Positions 1-11,699 of a stretch of 64,000 nucleotides of DNA are shown here, piece after piece (positions within the stretch are counted from its first letter, which is position 1; each line of letters opens with the position of its first letter). The notes beneath the pieces are model-generated. The model did not search any database. It was not told the DNA's origin and saw only the letters and a list, made by a program, of their open reading frames with translations. The stretch is from Leucoraja ocellata (Eukaryota), in assembly GCA_036785375.1 (NCBI GenBank), contig JAWMAR010000197.1:1240001-1304000 (forward strand), written 5' to 3'. The position numbers and the translations under genes were made by a program.

Positions 1-300
1 AGAGGGAGAGCAAGGGTTACTTGAAGTTAGAGATGTCAATGTTCATACAGCTGGGGTGTAAGCTGCCCAAGCAAAATATTCCTCCAATTTGCGCTGGACC
101 TCACTCTGGCAATGGAGGAGATGCAGGATGGAAAGGTCAGTGTGGGAATGGGAGGATGATTTAAAGTGTTCAGCAATCTGGAGATTAGGTAGGTTTAGGA
201 TGATTGAACGGGAGCATTCAGCGAAACAATCGCCAAGCCTGCGCTTGGTCCAGCACTCTCTGGAGTAATTATATAGGAGTCCACACTTGGAACAGCACAA
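1..300 (-). mobile_element. Penelope-like element fragment, GIY-YIG endonuclease C-terminal region (degenerate)
   Basis: ORF 43..300 reads CSKCGLLY...TKRRLGDCFAE...IAEHF..SHS...QRKLEE, the pattern of the Penelope GIY-YIG domain; homologous to 31145-31400. Confidence 0.8.
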
Positions 301-629
301 ACAGGATTGTTTTCCTTCAGCCGTGCAAGATTAAAGCCTTGAATCTTTGGTGTGCTTTTAAAAACATTTCTTAACCAATACTAAACCTGGTGCACAAGTT
401 GCCAGCAAGTGTAGTTTAAGCCCAATTTGTAGGTCCAGTCTGAAGATGTGGTGATCTGATCATTATTGGAATTCCAGAAAATATGGAAACCTTCCGACAA
501 TTGAACGAAGATTGACAGGGGGACACAAGTTGCTTCTAGTATTTGGAAAGATTCACCCAAGATATGATATAAATATGTGCTGATCTTTATAGACCACAGT
601 TATTCGGTGCAAACAAACTTTGGGTATCA

Positions 630-1030
630 CAGTGCTGCTGCCTCATACTGTAGCTCCAATGCCTTGAACTCAATCTTGACTTATGTTACTGTATTTGTGC
701 GGTTTACGCATTCTCCCTGTGACTGTGTGAGTTTCCTCCAGAGGTCCTGGTTCGTTCCCACATTCCAAAGATGTTCCAGTTGGCAAGTTAATTGACCATT
801 GTAAATTACCCTGAATTTATAGATGGGAATCTAGGGGGAGTTGATGAGAATCTACTGTAGGATGAATTAAATAGGATTAGTGTAAATGGGTACACAGGAG
901 ACATGAGAAAATGCACAGGGAATGAACTGACCTGCTGAGTTCCTTCTTGTTTAATGTAACAAGTGTTTGAAGATGAGAATTGACATGGTAGGTCAAAGGG
1001 CTGTTTCCATGCTGTATCTTTCATTGACTA
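630..1030 (+). mobile_element. Degenerate tRNA-derived V-SINE (HE1-like)
   Basis: V-domain-like core (ttctccctgtgactgtgtgagtttcctcc...cccacattccaaag) and CR1-type tail gggctgtttccatgctgtatct. Confidence 0.6.
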
Positions 1031-1303
1031 GAATCCCTAGTTTCTCCTCCTACCCTTTATTCAGCAATTAATTGTGATTTAAATGATTATATAATTGTTT
1101 CCTCCCATTACCAGTAACTCATTCCATTTATTATTTTCTCTCTTGAAGAATTTCCTGACATTAGAATGGAACATGGCTTGCCTGGTTTGGACCTCTGATG
1201 CATTGTTTCATGCTCAGAGCACTGTTCCTTAATTTTCCTTTAAGGCTCAAATCCTACATTGTTTATTTTCAGACTTCAGGCCAAGTGCTATCGAGATCCG
1301 AAA

Positions 1304-1358
1304 CACTTCATCACTTACTAATGCATCAAAATATGATCCATTAGTAAGTGATGAAGTG
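1304..1358. repeat. Near-perfect 55-nt inverted repeat (hairpin)
   Basis: cacttcatcacttactaatg (1304-1323) is the exact reverse complement of 1339-1358, followed inward by one mismatch, 4 bp and a 5-nt loop. Confidence 0.9.
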
Positions 1359-1519
1359 CAAACACAAATAAATAGCATATGTGCCTGGAACTATACAGAT
1401 CTCCATTCAATCTCAAAATAACATGACATACCTATAGTTCTAAAACATTATTTCCCGTCAGTTTTCTCGAAACCTTTACCTTGGATGATATTTTCTAAAA
1501 CTCAACATACTCCATTATA

Positions 1520-1728
1520 ACAAGGAAATGCAAATGTTGATATACACCAAAGATAGACACAAAATGCTGGAGTAACTCAACGGGTCAGGCAGCATCTTTG
1601 GAGAAAATGGATAGATGATGTTTGGGGTCGGGTCGGAAGAAAGATTCCGACCTGAAACGTCACCTCTCCATTTTGTCCAGAGAATCTACCTGACCCGTTG
1701 AGTTACTCAAGCATTTTGTGTCAATCTC
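1520..1728. mobile_element. Fold-back Penelope-derived mini-element with degenerate hammerhead core
   Basis: Arms gatagacacaaaatgctggagtaactca... / ...tgagttactcaagcattttgtgtc; centre ggaagaaagattccgacctgaaacgtcacc. Confidence 0.8.
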
Positions 1729-2249
1729 GAATATAACTTATTTTCCTTTCAATTTTCTGCCTGAAACAAGTTTCCCTTTATTGTGCAGATGGCAAAATGG
1801 GGACTCTTCATTTTCTTGGGTTTGGATGGAGCTGCACTGTCATTCTTTCTTTTCAATGTCCTGCAGAATTTATGTGTGATTTATGTATAATATAAGTATG
1901 TCTTTTGTGTTGTTGACTGAGCTTATGTACCCGCGTAATGCTGTTGCATGCAAGATTTTCACCGTACCTGTACTTCACTATATTTGTACATCATACAATA
2001 AGCTCGGCTTGACTTGACTTGACGTGACGTGATGTGACTATTTATTCATTAATAGTCACATCTGCTGTGAAAGTTTCATTTGATGTTGATGCTTCTGCTG
2101 CTGATTCACTGGAAATAATAAAATAGAGAGTAAGACGGAGAAGGATTCTGTTCCATCTCACCTGCTGGTCCAACTCTGTCTCAATAATAAATAACCTTGA
2201 GGTTCAACTAAATCAATACCTTCAGCTGCAAGCCAGGTTTTCATCAGTT

Positions 2250-2345
2250 GATAGACACAAAGTAACTCAGCGAGTCAGACAGCATCTCTAGAGGGAAAGG
2301 ATAGGTGATATTTTGGTTTCGGGTCGGGACCCTTCTTCTGAATCA
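2250..2345 (-). mobile_element. Penelope-derived mini-element, single arm
   Basis: Same family sequence, ending in antisense hammerhead remnant gtttcgggtcgggacccttcttctga. Confidence 0.7.
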
Positions 2346-2512
2346 GGGTTCAGAGGTGGGGGGGAGTGAGGGGTTGTGTACAGGAGAGGGGTCGTAGGGG
2401 TAACGTCGTTTAAAGAGGGAGAAGGCAAGCAGGACCCCATGGCACCATTATTGAGGTTCCTTGGGGGTTTTTTGGGGGGGGGGAGCTGTGGGACCCAGGA
2501 GAGTCAACAGGA

Positions 2513-2690
2513 GGATAGACACAAAATGCTGGAGTAACTCAGCGGGACAGGCAGAATTCCTAAAGAAGGGTCTCGACCCGAAACGTCACCCATTCCTTCT
2601 CTTCAGAGATGCTGCCTGTCCCGCTGAGTTACTCCAGCATTTTGTGTCTATCTTCGGTTTAAACCAGCATCTGCAGTTCTTTCCTACACA
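2513..2690 (+). mobile_element. Penelope-derived mini-element with short inverted 5' arm
   Basis: Core ctaaaga-a-gggtctcgaccc-gaaacgtc at 2560-2587 (G5 mutated); 2514-2554 is the reverse complement of the downstream arm. Confidence 0.8.
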
Positions 2691-3044
2691 AGGCAACAGG
2701 GGAGTCAGACATCATGGTGTTGGAGCCGACAGTGTGGAGGCTCTCGGCCTGAAGCTGAGCGTAGAACGGGGGAGAGCGGAACATCAGCTCACTAAATGGT
2801 CGCAGCCAGTGGGTGGATTGTGTGTGCACACTCCTTGCCCTCATACAACCTGGGTTACACTTAAGCATGGTTGTTATTGTATTGCGCTTATTTTTACTCG
2901 TACATCAGTCAGTACCAATCTTCTTGGTCATGGCGGTGATGTACAGAATTTTGCATGACAAAGTTGTCCTTTACTTTCTGCCGTTCAGTGGCTCACCTGA
3001 TGATTTCATGTCAGTCTATAGTGACCAGAAGAAAAGGCTTGGAT

Positions 3045-3178
3045 TGTGTAGGAAGAAACTGCACATGCTGGTTTAAACTGAAGATGGACACAAAATGCTA
3101 GTGTAACACAATGGGACAGTCAGCATCTCTGGAGAGAAGGAATGGGTGAAGCTTCGGGTCAAGACCCTTCTTGAGACT
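3045..3178 (-). mobile_element. Penelope-derived mini-element, single arm
   Basis: Family consensus in reverse orientation ending cgggtcaagacccttcttgagact. Confidence 0.75.
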
Positions 3179-3995
3179 TGGCTTCAGGCTTGGATTTACA
3201 TGTGTCTCTGCATTTGATAATGGTCCTCTCGATTGTTTTGCTCTGTCTCTATGAAACTCTGCCCCCCTGCATCAATGTAGGAAAAGGGTTTCACTTTGCA
3301 ATTTCTCTTCTGATGAATTGGGAACTATTGTCATGCAGCTGTTTCTCAGAAATCACTTCTTCTGCAGACAGGATGCAGACTGCAGTGGTAATTGTTGTGG
3401 TTCTCAGGCCTTTACTACTCTAATGAAGGAAATCATTTTCTTGGTAGTTTTATAAACAAACAGCTCTGATGATTTTGCATGGGTTGGTGATATCTCAGCT
3501 GTCATCTGTTTTTATTGTCTATTTCTTTACTGGAAAACAAAATAATAAATATCTTTGTGCATTATCCTTTATTCTGTATTGCATCTCTCCAAAATTCCTA
3601 CCAAAATGCATCATCTCAGAATACTACACATTAAACTTCATCTGCCACAAATCTACCCATTCCATCTCCCGGTTTATTGCCACTTGCATTTTATCGCTGT
3701 CCTCTTGTCAGATGCAACCTTTCTCGTCTTTATCTTCCTGCACCTATTCATTATCCAGGGATTTTTTTGCCGTTCAAGTCTAAACTGCATGTGAACCATC
3801 TTATCATTAGAGGTAACTTCACTATTATAATTTAGCCTAACTCTGCATTGCACTTGGAGACACACTGGAATGTATCAGGCCCAACAGTTTTTGGCAACTT
3901 CAGTGAGCAAGTGTCACAAATTTTACATTGCTTTATATATTTCAATGCCAACTTTCCTGGTGAGGTGCAAACATTCCAAAAGTTGTGGTGGAGGT

Positions 3996-5175
3996 AGTTT
4001 AGTTTAGTTTAGTTTAGTTTAGAACTAGACTAAGTGGGACCCTTTGGGTCCCATGTTCACACTGGAGGGCTGGTCCCCCAACGCAATATTCCACCTCTCC
4101 ACCAATTCCATGATTGCTGGCCAGTGTGGTGGGGGGGGGGGGGGGGGGCTTTCTGGAGCATGGGTGTTGTGGGCCAAAGGGACTGGTTTCCAGAGGGATA
4201 GTATGGTCGTTGTGGGCTGAATGGATTCTTGAGCTGGCAGCTCAGTCACTCAGGCCTGGCAGCTCAGTAACCCAAGCCAGGCAGGCTAGCTCAGAAACTG
4301 CCAGAAATTCTGCCGAAAACAGGTGAGAGACTGAGAGAGAGAAAGGGGAGAGGGTGGACAATCAATTTTAGACATTTTCATCTTGTTTTACAATTGCAAA
4401 AGGCACACAGTTGCAAAAGGCACACAATTGCAAAAGGCACGGTTGAAAAAGTCACACATTTCAATAGCCACACAGTTGCAAAAGGCACAGTTTAAAAACA
4501 CATAATGGGCACTCACAGGTCAGTATTCTCAGTGTTTTGTAGATTTCCAGCTCAGACTGAGAGTTGTGACCCTCTCCCTCCCCCATCTTGCAGAGACTGA
4601 GCCACGCCAACACTTCCGGGTGTTATAGTCCCTCCCCCTTCCACCGGAAGAGGCGTGGACTTCATGGCGTGATTGACAGGAGAGAGAATCTCAACATTTT
4701 TTAAACATTATTATGTCTTTTATTTTTCATCGATGGGAAAAATCCTCTGGGCCTGACTGCTGGAGGGGGACTCTGAGTAAGATGGCCAAAAATCACAGCC
4801 GTAAGTGGTAGTGTTTTTGTAAAATTAATATGCAGTGCAAACAGGAAGTGGTCAAGTTTAGACTTTTAATTATATAGATTACTGCATGAAAACAGGTACC
4901 TCTGCCCACCGAGACCACGCCTACCATCAATCGCCTGTTCATATTATGCTATCCCAATCTCTCATCCACTCCCTACATATTGGGGGCGACTTACGGAGGC
5001 TAATTAACCTACAAACCCGCACGTACTTAGCATGTGGGACGAAACCGTAGCACTGAGGAAATTCACAGGGAGAATGTGCAGACTCCACACAGACAGCACC
5101 CCAGGTCAGGACTAAACCCAGATCTCTGGCACTGTGAGGCAGCAGCGTAACCAGCTTTACCACTGTGCCGCCTGC
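3996..5175 (-). mobile_element. V-SINE (HE1-like) interrupted by a Helitron
   Basis: (gttta)n tail at 3996-4023, body resumes at 4879-5175 with V-domain and tRNA-like head. Confidence 0.8.
4025..4878 (-). mobile_element. Non-autonomous Helitron
   Basis: On the minus strand: 5' TC, 3' CTAG preceded by hairpin tgggaccc-aaa-gggtccca, inserted between A and T with no TSD; internal acaattgcaaaaggcac-like repeats at 4390-4500. Confidence 0.8.
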
Positions 5176-5812
5176 CTAATTAAATACAAATGGGTGAGCA
5201 CTGTGAGCAATTGGGCCTTGGCACTGGGCTAAAAAATCCAGTATCAAATTTATCAATTAATTATATAGCTGTATGAAAATAATATTATTCCATTCAAGTG
5301 ATGACATTTTAACTTTTTATCAGGTTCTATTCACTAATTTTGTCCTACCTTTTCCAATTAGGGGAGAAAACCAAAGAGATATAGGGGACAGGTTTTTAGT
5401 TAATAGACTAACAATGAAACAAAACTTAATTATTGTTCTACCTCAGAAAATATATCAGAAGCCACCTGAGGCCATAGCGGGAGTATATTTCAGATCACAA
5501 AATAGAGCAAAATGAAAAACCGACATTTGTATGTAAATTGGAAAAGCTTATCAGAATAAAATATATACATGGAAGGGATTTTCTTTATCCTTGAGCTCAT
5601 GGTTAAAATTGGAAGCAGCTGATAGCAGGCACTAAAGATTACTTCCTTTATGAACATTTTGCAAAACTAACAAGGAAGTATGCAGTGTCAGATTTAACTA
5701 CCTGTATTACTAAAAAAGAAGTAAAATTAGTGACCCAGAGGGAAATTGTGACCATAATATAATTAAGTTCATGATGAAAAATAAATAAGAGAAAAGAGCA
5801 ATCATAAATTGG

Positions 5813-6023
5813 AGAAACAAGGAACTGCAGATGCTGGCTAATACACAAAAGGGCACAATGTGTTGGAGTAATTCAGCATGTCAGGCAGCATCTCTGGAGA
5901 ACATGGATAGATGATGTTTCGAGTCGAGTCTGAAGGGGGTCTCAACCTGAAACATCACCTATCCATGTTCTCCAGAGATGCTGCCCGACCTGCTGAATTA
6001 ATCCAGCACTTTGTGTCCTTTTA
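5813..6023. mobile_element. Fold-back Penelope-derived mini-element with 13-bp TSD
   Basis: aatcataaattgg at 5800-5812 and 6024-6036; long inverted arms; centre gtctgaagggggtctcaacctgaaacatc. Confidence 0.85.
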
Positions 6024-6314
6024 AATCATAAATTGGCAGAAGCACAAAATGGGCCAGATCTATTTGTTAGTCAGCTTTGAGTCACCTAGATTCTTCTGTA
6101 TTGGTTGCTGGTATATCTCGCTGGTTCTCCAAGCTAAGACTTCTGTAAGGCAATACAAAGTTAGAAGTTTCGGGACACGACTGAAAGTGCTTTAATTTGT
6201 CCAGCAAATATTGTCAGTTTAAAAAAAAATTATGATTAACCTGAAGTAAAATATATATTTATTAAAACTGGCCTTCCATTTTGCTGCCTAATCTGCAGGC
6301 CTAAAATCTTATTG

Positions 6315-6600
6315 AGTTTAGTTAGGTTTAGAGATACAGCGTGCAACAGACCATTGAGCCCTTCGATCCCTGTATACTAGTTCTATCCTACACACTAGGG
6401 ACAAGTTACAGAACAAATTAACCTACAAACCTGCACACGTTTGGAATGTGGGAGGAAACTGGAGCACTCAGCGAAAACCCATGCGGTCACAGGGAGAACG
6501 TACAAAGTCCGTACAGACAGCACCCGTAGTCAGAGGTCGAACAAACCCAGGTCTCTGGGGCTGCAAGGCAGCAACATAACTGCTGCTCCATTGTGCCATC
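6315..6600 (-). mobile_element. V-SINE (HE1-like)
   Basis: Reverse complement of tRNA-like head, V-domain and (taaac)n tail. Confidence 0.85.
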
Positions 6601-7029
6601 CATAGTTCGAGCAAAAATAATTACTTAATTTTTCCTATGATTGGCAGAAGGTTTGAACACTGACCTGATTAGGTTTTGGGAAGCTGGGCCAAGGCTGACA
6701 TATGCAGCATCTGAGGATGATCGGTTATGTGGGATTGTATAGGGAGTCCAGTGGCAGGTGGACTGACATACTTGCTAGCAACATCCACCAACACACCACC
6801 CCCCCCCACCCCTCCCCCAACTCTAGCCCACAACTAACACCACATCTGTTAATAAATGTGAGACGCCCAGTTCATACACCCTAGTCGAAGGGCTTCTTCA
6901 GTTGTGATGTTTAAACTTTGGAAGTTCTGTTTGGAAGTAGTTACAGCATTACGCAGCGCACTGTCACTGGGGCAACCTATCAAATCCCTTACCCTTGACC
7001 AAGAAGGGAGAGCTTGCCATTGTATGTTT

Positions 7030-7135
7030 TGATAGGAAGGAACTGCAGATAATGGTTTACACCGAAGATAGACACAAATGCTGCAGTAACTCAGCGGGAA
7101 CAGGCCACATCTCAGGAGGAAATGAATGGGAATGT
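7030..7135 (-). mobile_element. Penelope-derived mini-element, partial arm
   Basis: ggaaggaactgcagat...gaagatagacacaaatgctgcagtaactcagcggg. Confidence 0.7.
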
Positions 7136-8378
7136 CTTGTAAATATTTTTGATAGCCTTCCAATCATTATGACATGAACATATAAAAACGACAAGCAGGA
7201 GAAGACCAACTGTTTCAGCTAACATATCACATAATTTTGTACACGTTTCATTTCATTTCATTTCAATTCATTTCACTCATGTGACGAATAAAATTGACTT
7301 TGATTTTGACGTTTCAAAACACAATCAATATCCACACAGGACCATGGACAAGGCCAAAAATCAGTAAAAATCCAGGCCACATACTGAATTTTTCCATCAC
7401 TTGTTGTTGACTTTCAAACAATTAAAAATAATATTTTAAAACACTTTTCCTTGAATTGCTGAGAATATATGGTATTGAACTAAGATACTTGACCTAACTA
7501 ATTTTATGTCTTTCCTCCCAACATTGCTGTCCTAACCAGGGAGAAGGTCTAGTCTTAATGCCCTCATACTCATCTGGTCTCTCTTAAATGCATCTGTAAT
7601 AACATGCATAAATAACTTGATCACTCCCTTTTGGGTTATTATTTAATTGGCGGTAAATGAAAGCTATTCTCGAAAAATTTTGGTTTGCAAATTTTTGGAA
7701 ATTAAGCCAGGTATTTCCAATCAGGAGTTGTACTTGAGCCGATGACACAGTTTCCGTATCAAGTGACATCATGCCCTGTACAACTCGCCGTTAGATACCT
7801 TCCACTTTTCTGGAGCAAAGCTCATCGCTGGGCACTCGAGGAAGATGTGTGGTCTTTATTCCAATGACAGCTACAGCAATGTAATGTAATGGGGTGTCAT
7901 CCTGAGCATACTCCCAGCCAGCACTATGGACCTGACTATTTGTCTGATTATCGTACCAGTTCTCCCCAAAAATCCCTAACCCTTACAATTCTACTAACCT
8001 CCACACTCTCCAATCTGTTACATACCGCTCACTTGATAATATCCTCTCCCAAAGATCATGCACCAAGCTCCCCCACAAATCCAGGGCCCCAACTTTGACT
8101 AAACCAGACTGTCAAGCCCTGATCCAGCAGCCTCCCTAGTCGCTGAGTAAATATCAGGCTTTCCTCCTCCTAGGGCTGCTGACCGCTGACTGCTTGGCTT
8201 CTCTCCTGTGCATTGCTCCACCCTTGGCCTAAGCCTTGTACTTACCTGAGAGTTTCCTTTGTATGTTCTCTACAATGACATAACACACATTCCTTTATGT
8301 GTAAAGGTCATTCACGAGTATCCAATGTCTTGGGCTCAAGTATCATTGAATTTTCATGCAGCAGACACATAATCAAAA

Positions 8379-8490
8379 GGGCAGCACAGTGGCACAGCTG
8401 GCAGAGCCACTGCCTCAAAGCACCAGAGACCCAGGTTCGATCCTGACCTCGGGTGCTGCCTGTGTGGAGTTTGCACGTTCTCCCTGTGAC
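8379..8490 (+). mobile_element. V-SINE 5' part (tRNA-derived head)
   Basis: gggcagcacagtggcacagctggcagag (A box) ... ggttcgatcc (B box), then start of V-domain. Confidence 0.8.
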
Positions 8491-9359
8491 TGGAGGGTAT
8501 GGAACTGGGGTGGGGGGGGGGGGGGGGGGTGTACCTGGGATGCCAGGTATCACCGTTGAGCCCTCTGGAGATGTTGTGGGCTTGTCAATGAAACGTCAAA
8601 GAAGGAGGGTCCCCACCTGATGACCCCAATGATGTACCTACCCCACCTTTCACCACTCCAATCCCACTGCCAATATCAAGAGTGCTGACTTACTACAGGG
8701 TTTGAAACATCAAGTCCTATTAGCTCTACTCTACTGTTATAATTGCTGTGATTTTTCATTATTTTTATTTTTGACATTACTAACCATTGATCAAAATTAA
8801 GCTGATTAATTTTATCAGCAACATGTACCTAGAGTTCCCAGAATGAAAATTGAGTTAGTTACGTTGAAGTGTGCCTTTTAGAATCTTGATCTGCAGAGTA
8901 GCTTTTGTTTAATGAACATCCATTTTTAGATATCAGGTTTCTTCCATACTGTTGTTAATTGCAGGGCTGCTACGTTTATTGAGCGGTAGAAGATTAAATG
9001 TCTGTGGAAATATTTTTATACCACTTAATTATATGTTGGAGCACTCAAGGATTTACAGAAAGACATTAATAATAGTGTGAAATGGAAATGATACAAATTG
9101 TTACAAAATCAAAGGACTGTGTGTGTTGGAGGAATTGTGTCAGGCATTCCCACTTCTACCCATCTGTATCCATAGAATCTGAAGAAAAATCCAAGGAATA
9201 CCACCCTGACTCTGGGCTCTGTGTTAAATTTTCATAATTTCAAATCACAACCACTGCTGTTTTTCTTCTGCGAGAGCATGGGCTGAAATTTGGTCAATTG
9301 TTGGCATTTACTGTTCCCTCTGACTCACTTTTTTTCCTTGCACCACTGCTGTCTGAGGT

Positions 9360-10285
9360 CTAGGTTTATTATTGTCACGTGTACCAAGGTACTCGCTTGT
9401 ACTCGCTAGAATTTAGAAGATTGAGGGGGGATCTTATAGAAACTTACAACATTCTTAAGGAGTTGGACAGGCTAGATGCAGGAAGATTGTTCCCGATGTT
9501 GGGGAAATCCAGAACAAGGGGTCACAGTTTAAGGACAAGGGGGAAATCTTTTAGGACCGAGATGAGAAAACCATTTTTCACACAGAGAGTGGTGAATCTC
9601 TGGAACTCTCTGCCACAGAAGGTAGTTGAGGCCAGTTCATTGGCTATATTTAAGAGGGAGTTAGATGTGGCCCTTGTGGCTAAAGGGATCAGGGGGTATG
9701 GAGAGAAGACAGGTACAGGATACTCAGTTGGATGATCAGCCATGATCATATTGAATGGCGGTGCAGGCTCGAAGGGCTGAATGGCCTATTCCTGCACCTA
9801 TTTTCTATGTTTCTATGTACAGTGAAAACCTTTGTTGCATGCTATCCAATCAGTTCAGATAATATGTACATAAATACTATCAAGTCAAACTCATGTACAA
9901 TGGATAGAGCAAAGAGGAAGATACAGAGTGCAGAATATAGTTACCAGCATTAAGGCGCACCAGTTCTACAGACAAAGTCCAATGTCCACAATGGGATAGA
10001 GGTAAATCAGAATGAACCTTAGCTCATGGAAGGACCATTCAAAAGCCTGATAACAGAGGGGAAGAAGCTGTTCCCGAGTCTGGTGGTGTGCACCTTTTGT
10101 ACCTTCTGCTGGACAGAAGCAGGAAGAAGAAGGAATGACCAGGACCAACACAATCTTTGATTATGTTGGCTGCTTTTCTGAAGCAGTATGTAGATGGAGT
10201 CAATGGTGAGAAGTCAGGTCTGTGTTATGGACCGGGCTACATTCACAACTCTCTGCAATTTCTTGCAATCTTGGGCAGAGCTGTC
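9360..10285 (-). mobile_element. Rex1/Babar-like LINE 3' fragment, interrupted by CR1
   Basis: tttattattgtcac tail motif; ggaagaagctgttcccgagtctggtggtg is antisense of TTRLGNSFFP; similar to 48105-48400. Confidence 0.65.
9392..9816 (+). mobile_element. CR1 LINE 3' end
   Basis: LYSLEFRRLRGDLIETY...FFTQRVVNLWNSLP ORF2 C-terminus; ttctatgt tail. Confidence 0.95.
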
Positions 10286-10424
10286 ACCGACATGTAGCTA
10301 CATAAGCTTTTACTAGTAAACAAAACATGGAGGATAGAACTGTGCAGCACAAGAACAGACCCTTCAACCCACAACTATCAGGCTCTTGAATACTATGCAA
10401 AGCTAACCTCAACTATGAATTGAC

Positions 10425-10950
10425 TTTGGAGATGCAATGTGGAAACAGGCCTTTCAACCCGCTGAGTCCGTGCTGACCAGCGATCAATCCTGTACACTAG
10501 CACTATACTACACAGGGACAATTTGCAATTAACCTACAAACCTGTACGACTCTGGAGTGTGCAAGGAAACCAGAGCATCTGGAGAAAAGCCATGTGGTCA
10601 CAGGGAGAATGTACAACCTCCGTACAGAGAGCACCCGTAGTCAGGATCGAACCTGGGTCACTGGCACTGTAATGCCCCTGTCCCACTTAGGAAACCTGAA
10701 CGGAAACCTCTGGAGACATTGAGCCCCACCCAAGGTTTCCGTGAGTTTCCCAGAGGTTCCTGGAGGTTTTTGTCAGTCTCCCTACCTGCTTCCACTACCT
10801 GCAACCTCCGGCAACCACCTGCAACCTCCGGGAACCGCACGGAAACCTTGGGTGGGGCGCAAAGTCTCCAGAGGTTTCCGTTCAGGTTTCCTAAGTGGGA
10901 CAGGGGCATAATAAGGCTACTACTCTACTACTGCACCACTGTGCCGCCTC
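10425..10950 (-). mobile_element. V-SINE interrupted by a MITE
   Basis: SINE head sequence ctggcactgtaa|ggc is split by the MITE. Confidence 0.8.
10673..10908. mobile_element. PIF/Harbinger-like palindromic MITE
   Basis: Long TIRs tgcccctgtcccacttaggaaacc... / ...ggtttcctaagtgggacaggggca; TAA on both sides (10670-72, 10909-11). Confidence 0.85.
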
Positions 10951-11509
10951 GAATTACAGACTGGTTGCACTTAGAACTTTAGGCTTTTTTTGCATTAGTA
11001 TTACGGTTCTTAAATATTGATTTTTTGTTTATTGTATATTATCTGCAGGCCTGTCATGCTGCTGCAAATAAGAATTTCAGTGCTCTGTTGTCGGTACGTA
11101 TGACGTTGATGGATAGGGATCAAATGCTCTTAACTCTTGAAATTATTCGGCTCTAGGTCTGTAAAGGGTTTGCTTCTGTCACTGAAGGCTAACTCGACTG
11201 TTCATTTACAGCTGCATGCAGTGTTGGCCAGGGCAGCAATCTAGTGTTCTTCAGCAGTGTGACTAATGGCCTGCTAGCAGATCAGAAACAAATCTAAGTT
11301 TATGCCTTCAGAGTGGTTTCACCCACAATGATTGTGTCAGCAGTTTTTACCATCGATCTCAGTGGGAAATCAACATTCACTCTGCTTCGGATCCTGTCTA
11401 CAAAACCCCGAGTTAGATTTTAAACAACTCTATTTCTACTATTTTAGTGTAAAACAGAACTGGTTATTTAATTCATAGTGTATTCATGAACGTAATTGAT
11501 TATGAAGAG

Positions 11510-11655
11510 ATATTTTGATGTCAGGGGTGTTAAGGTTTATGGGTAGAAGTCAGGAGAATGGGGTTGAGAGGGAAAGATGGATCAGCCATGATTGAATGGC
11601 GGAGGAGACTTGATGGGCTGAACACTTAATGCTGCATCTAGAACTTATGAACTAT
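11510..11655 (+). mobile_element. CR1 3' tail fragment
   Basis: ggtgttaaggtttatgggtagaag...atcagccatgattgaatggcgg...gaacttatgaac. Confidence 0.75.
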
Positions 11656-11699
11656 GTATCTCTCAACTCAATGCCTTATAAATACTCAAATCACTGGTT

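Noticed and set aside
7900-8260. CR1 ORF1 esterase relic on the minus strand
   Set aside because: Only a vague resemblance; too decayed to support
8379-8450. tRNA gene (A and B boxes)
   Set aside because: It is the tRNA-derived head of a V-SINE, continuing straight into the V-domain; the same applies to all other copies
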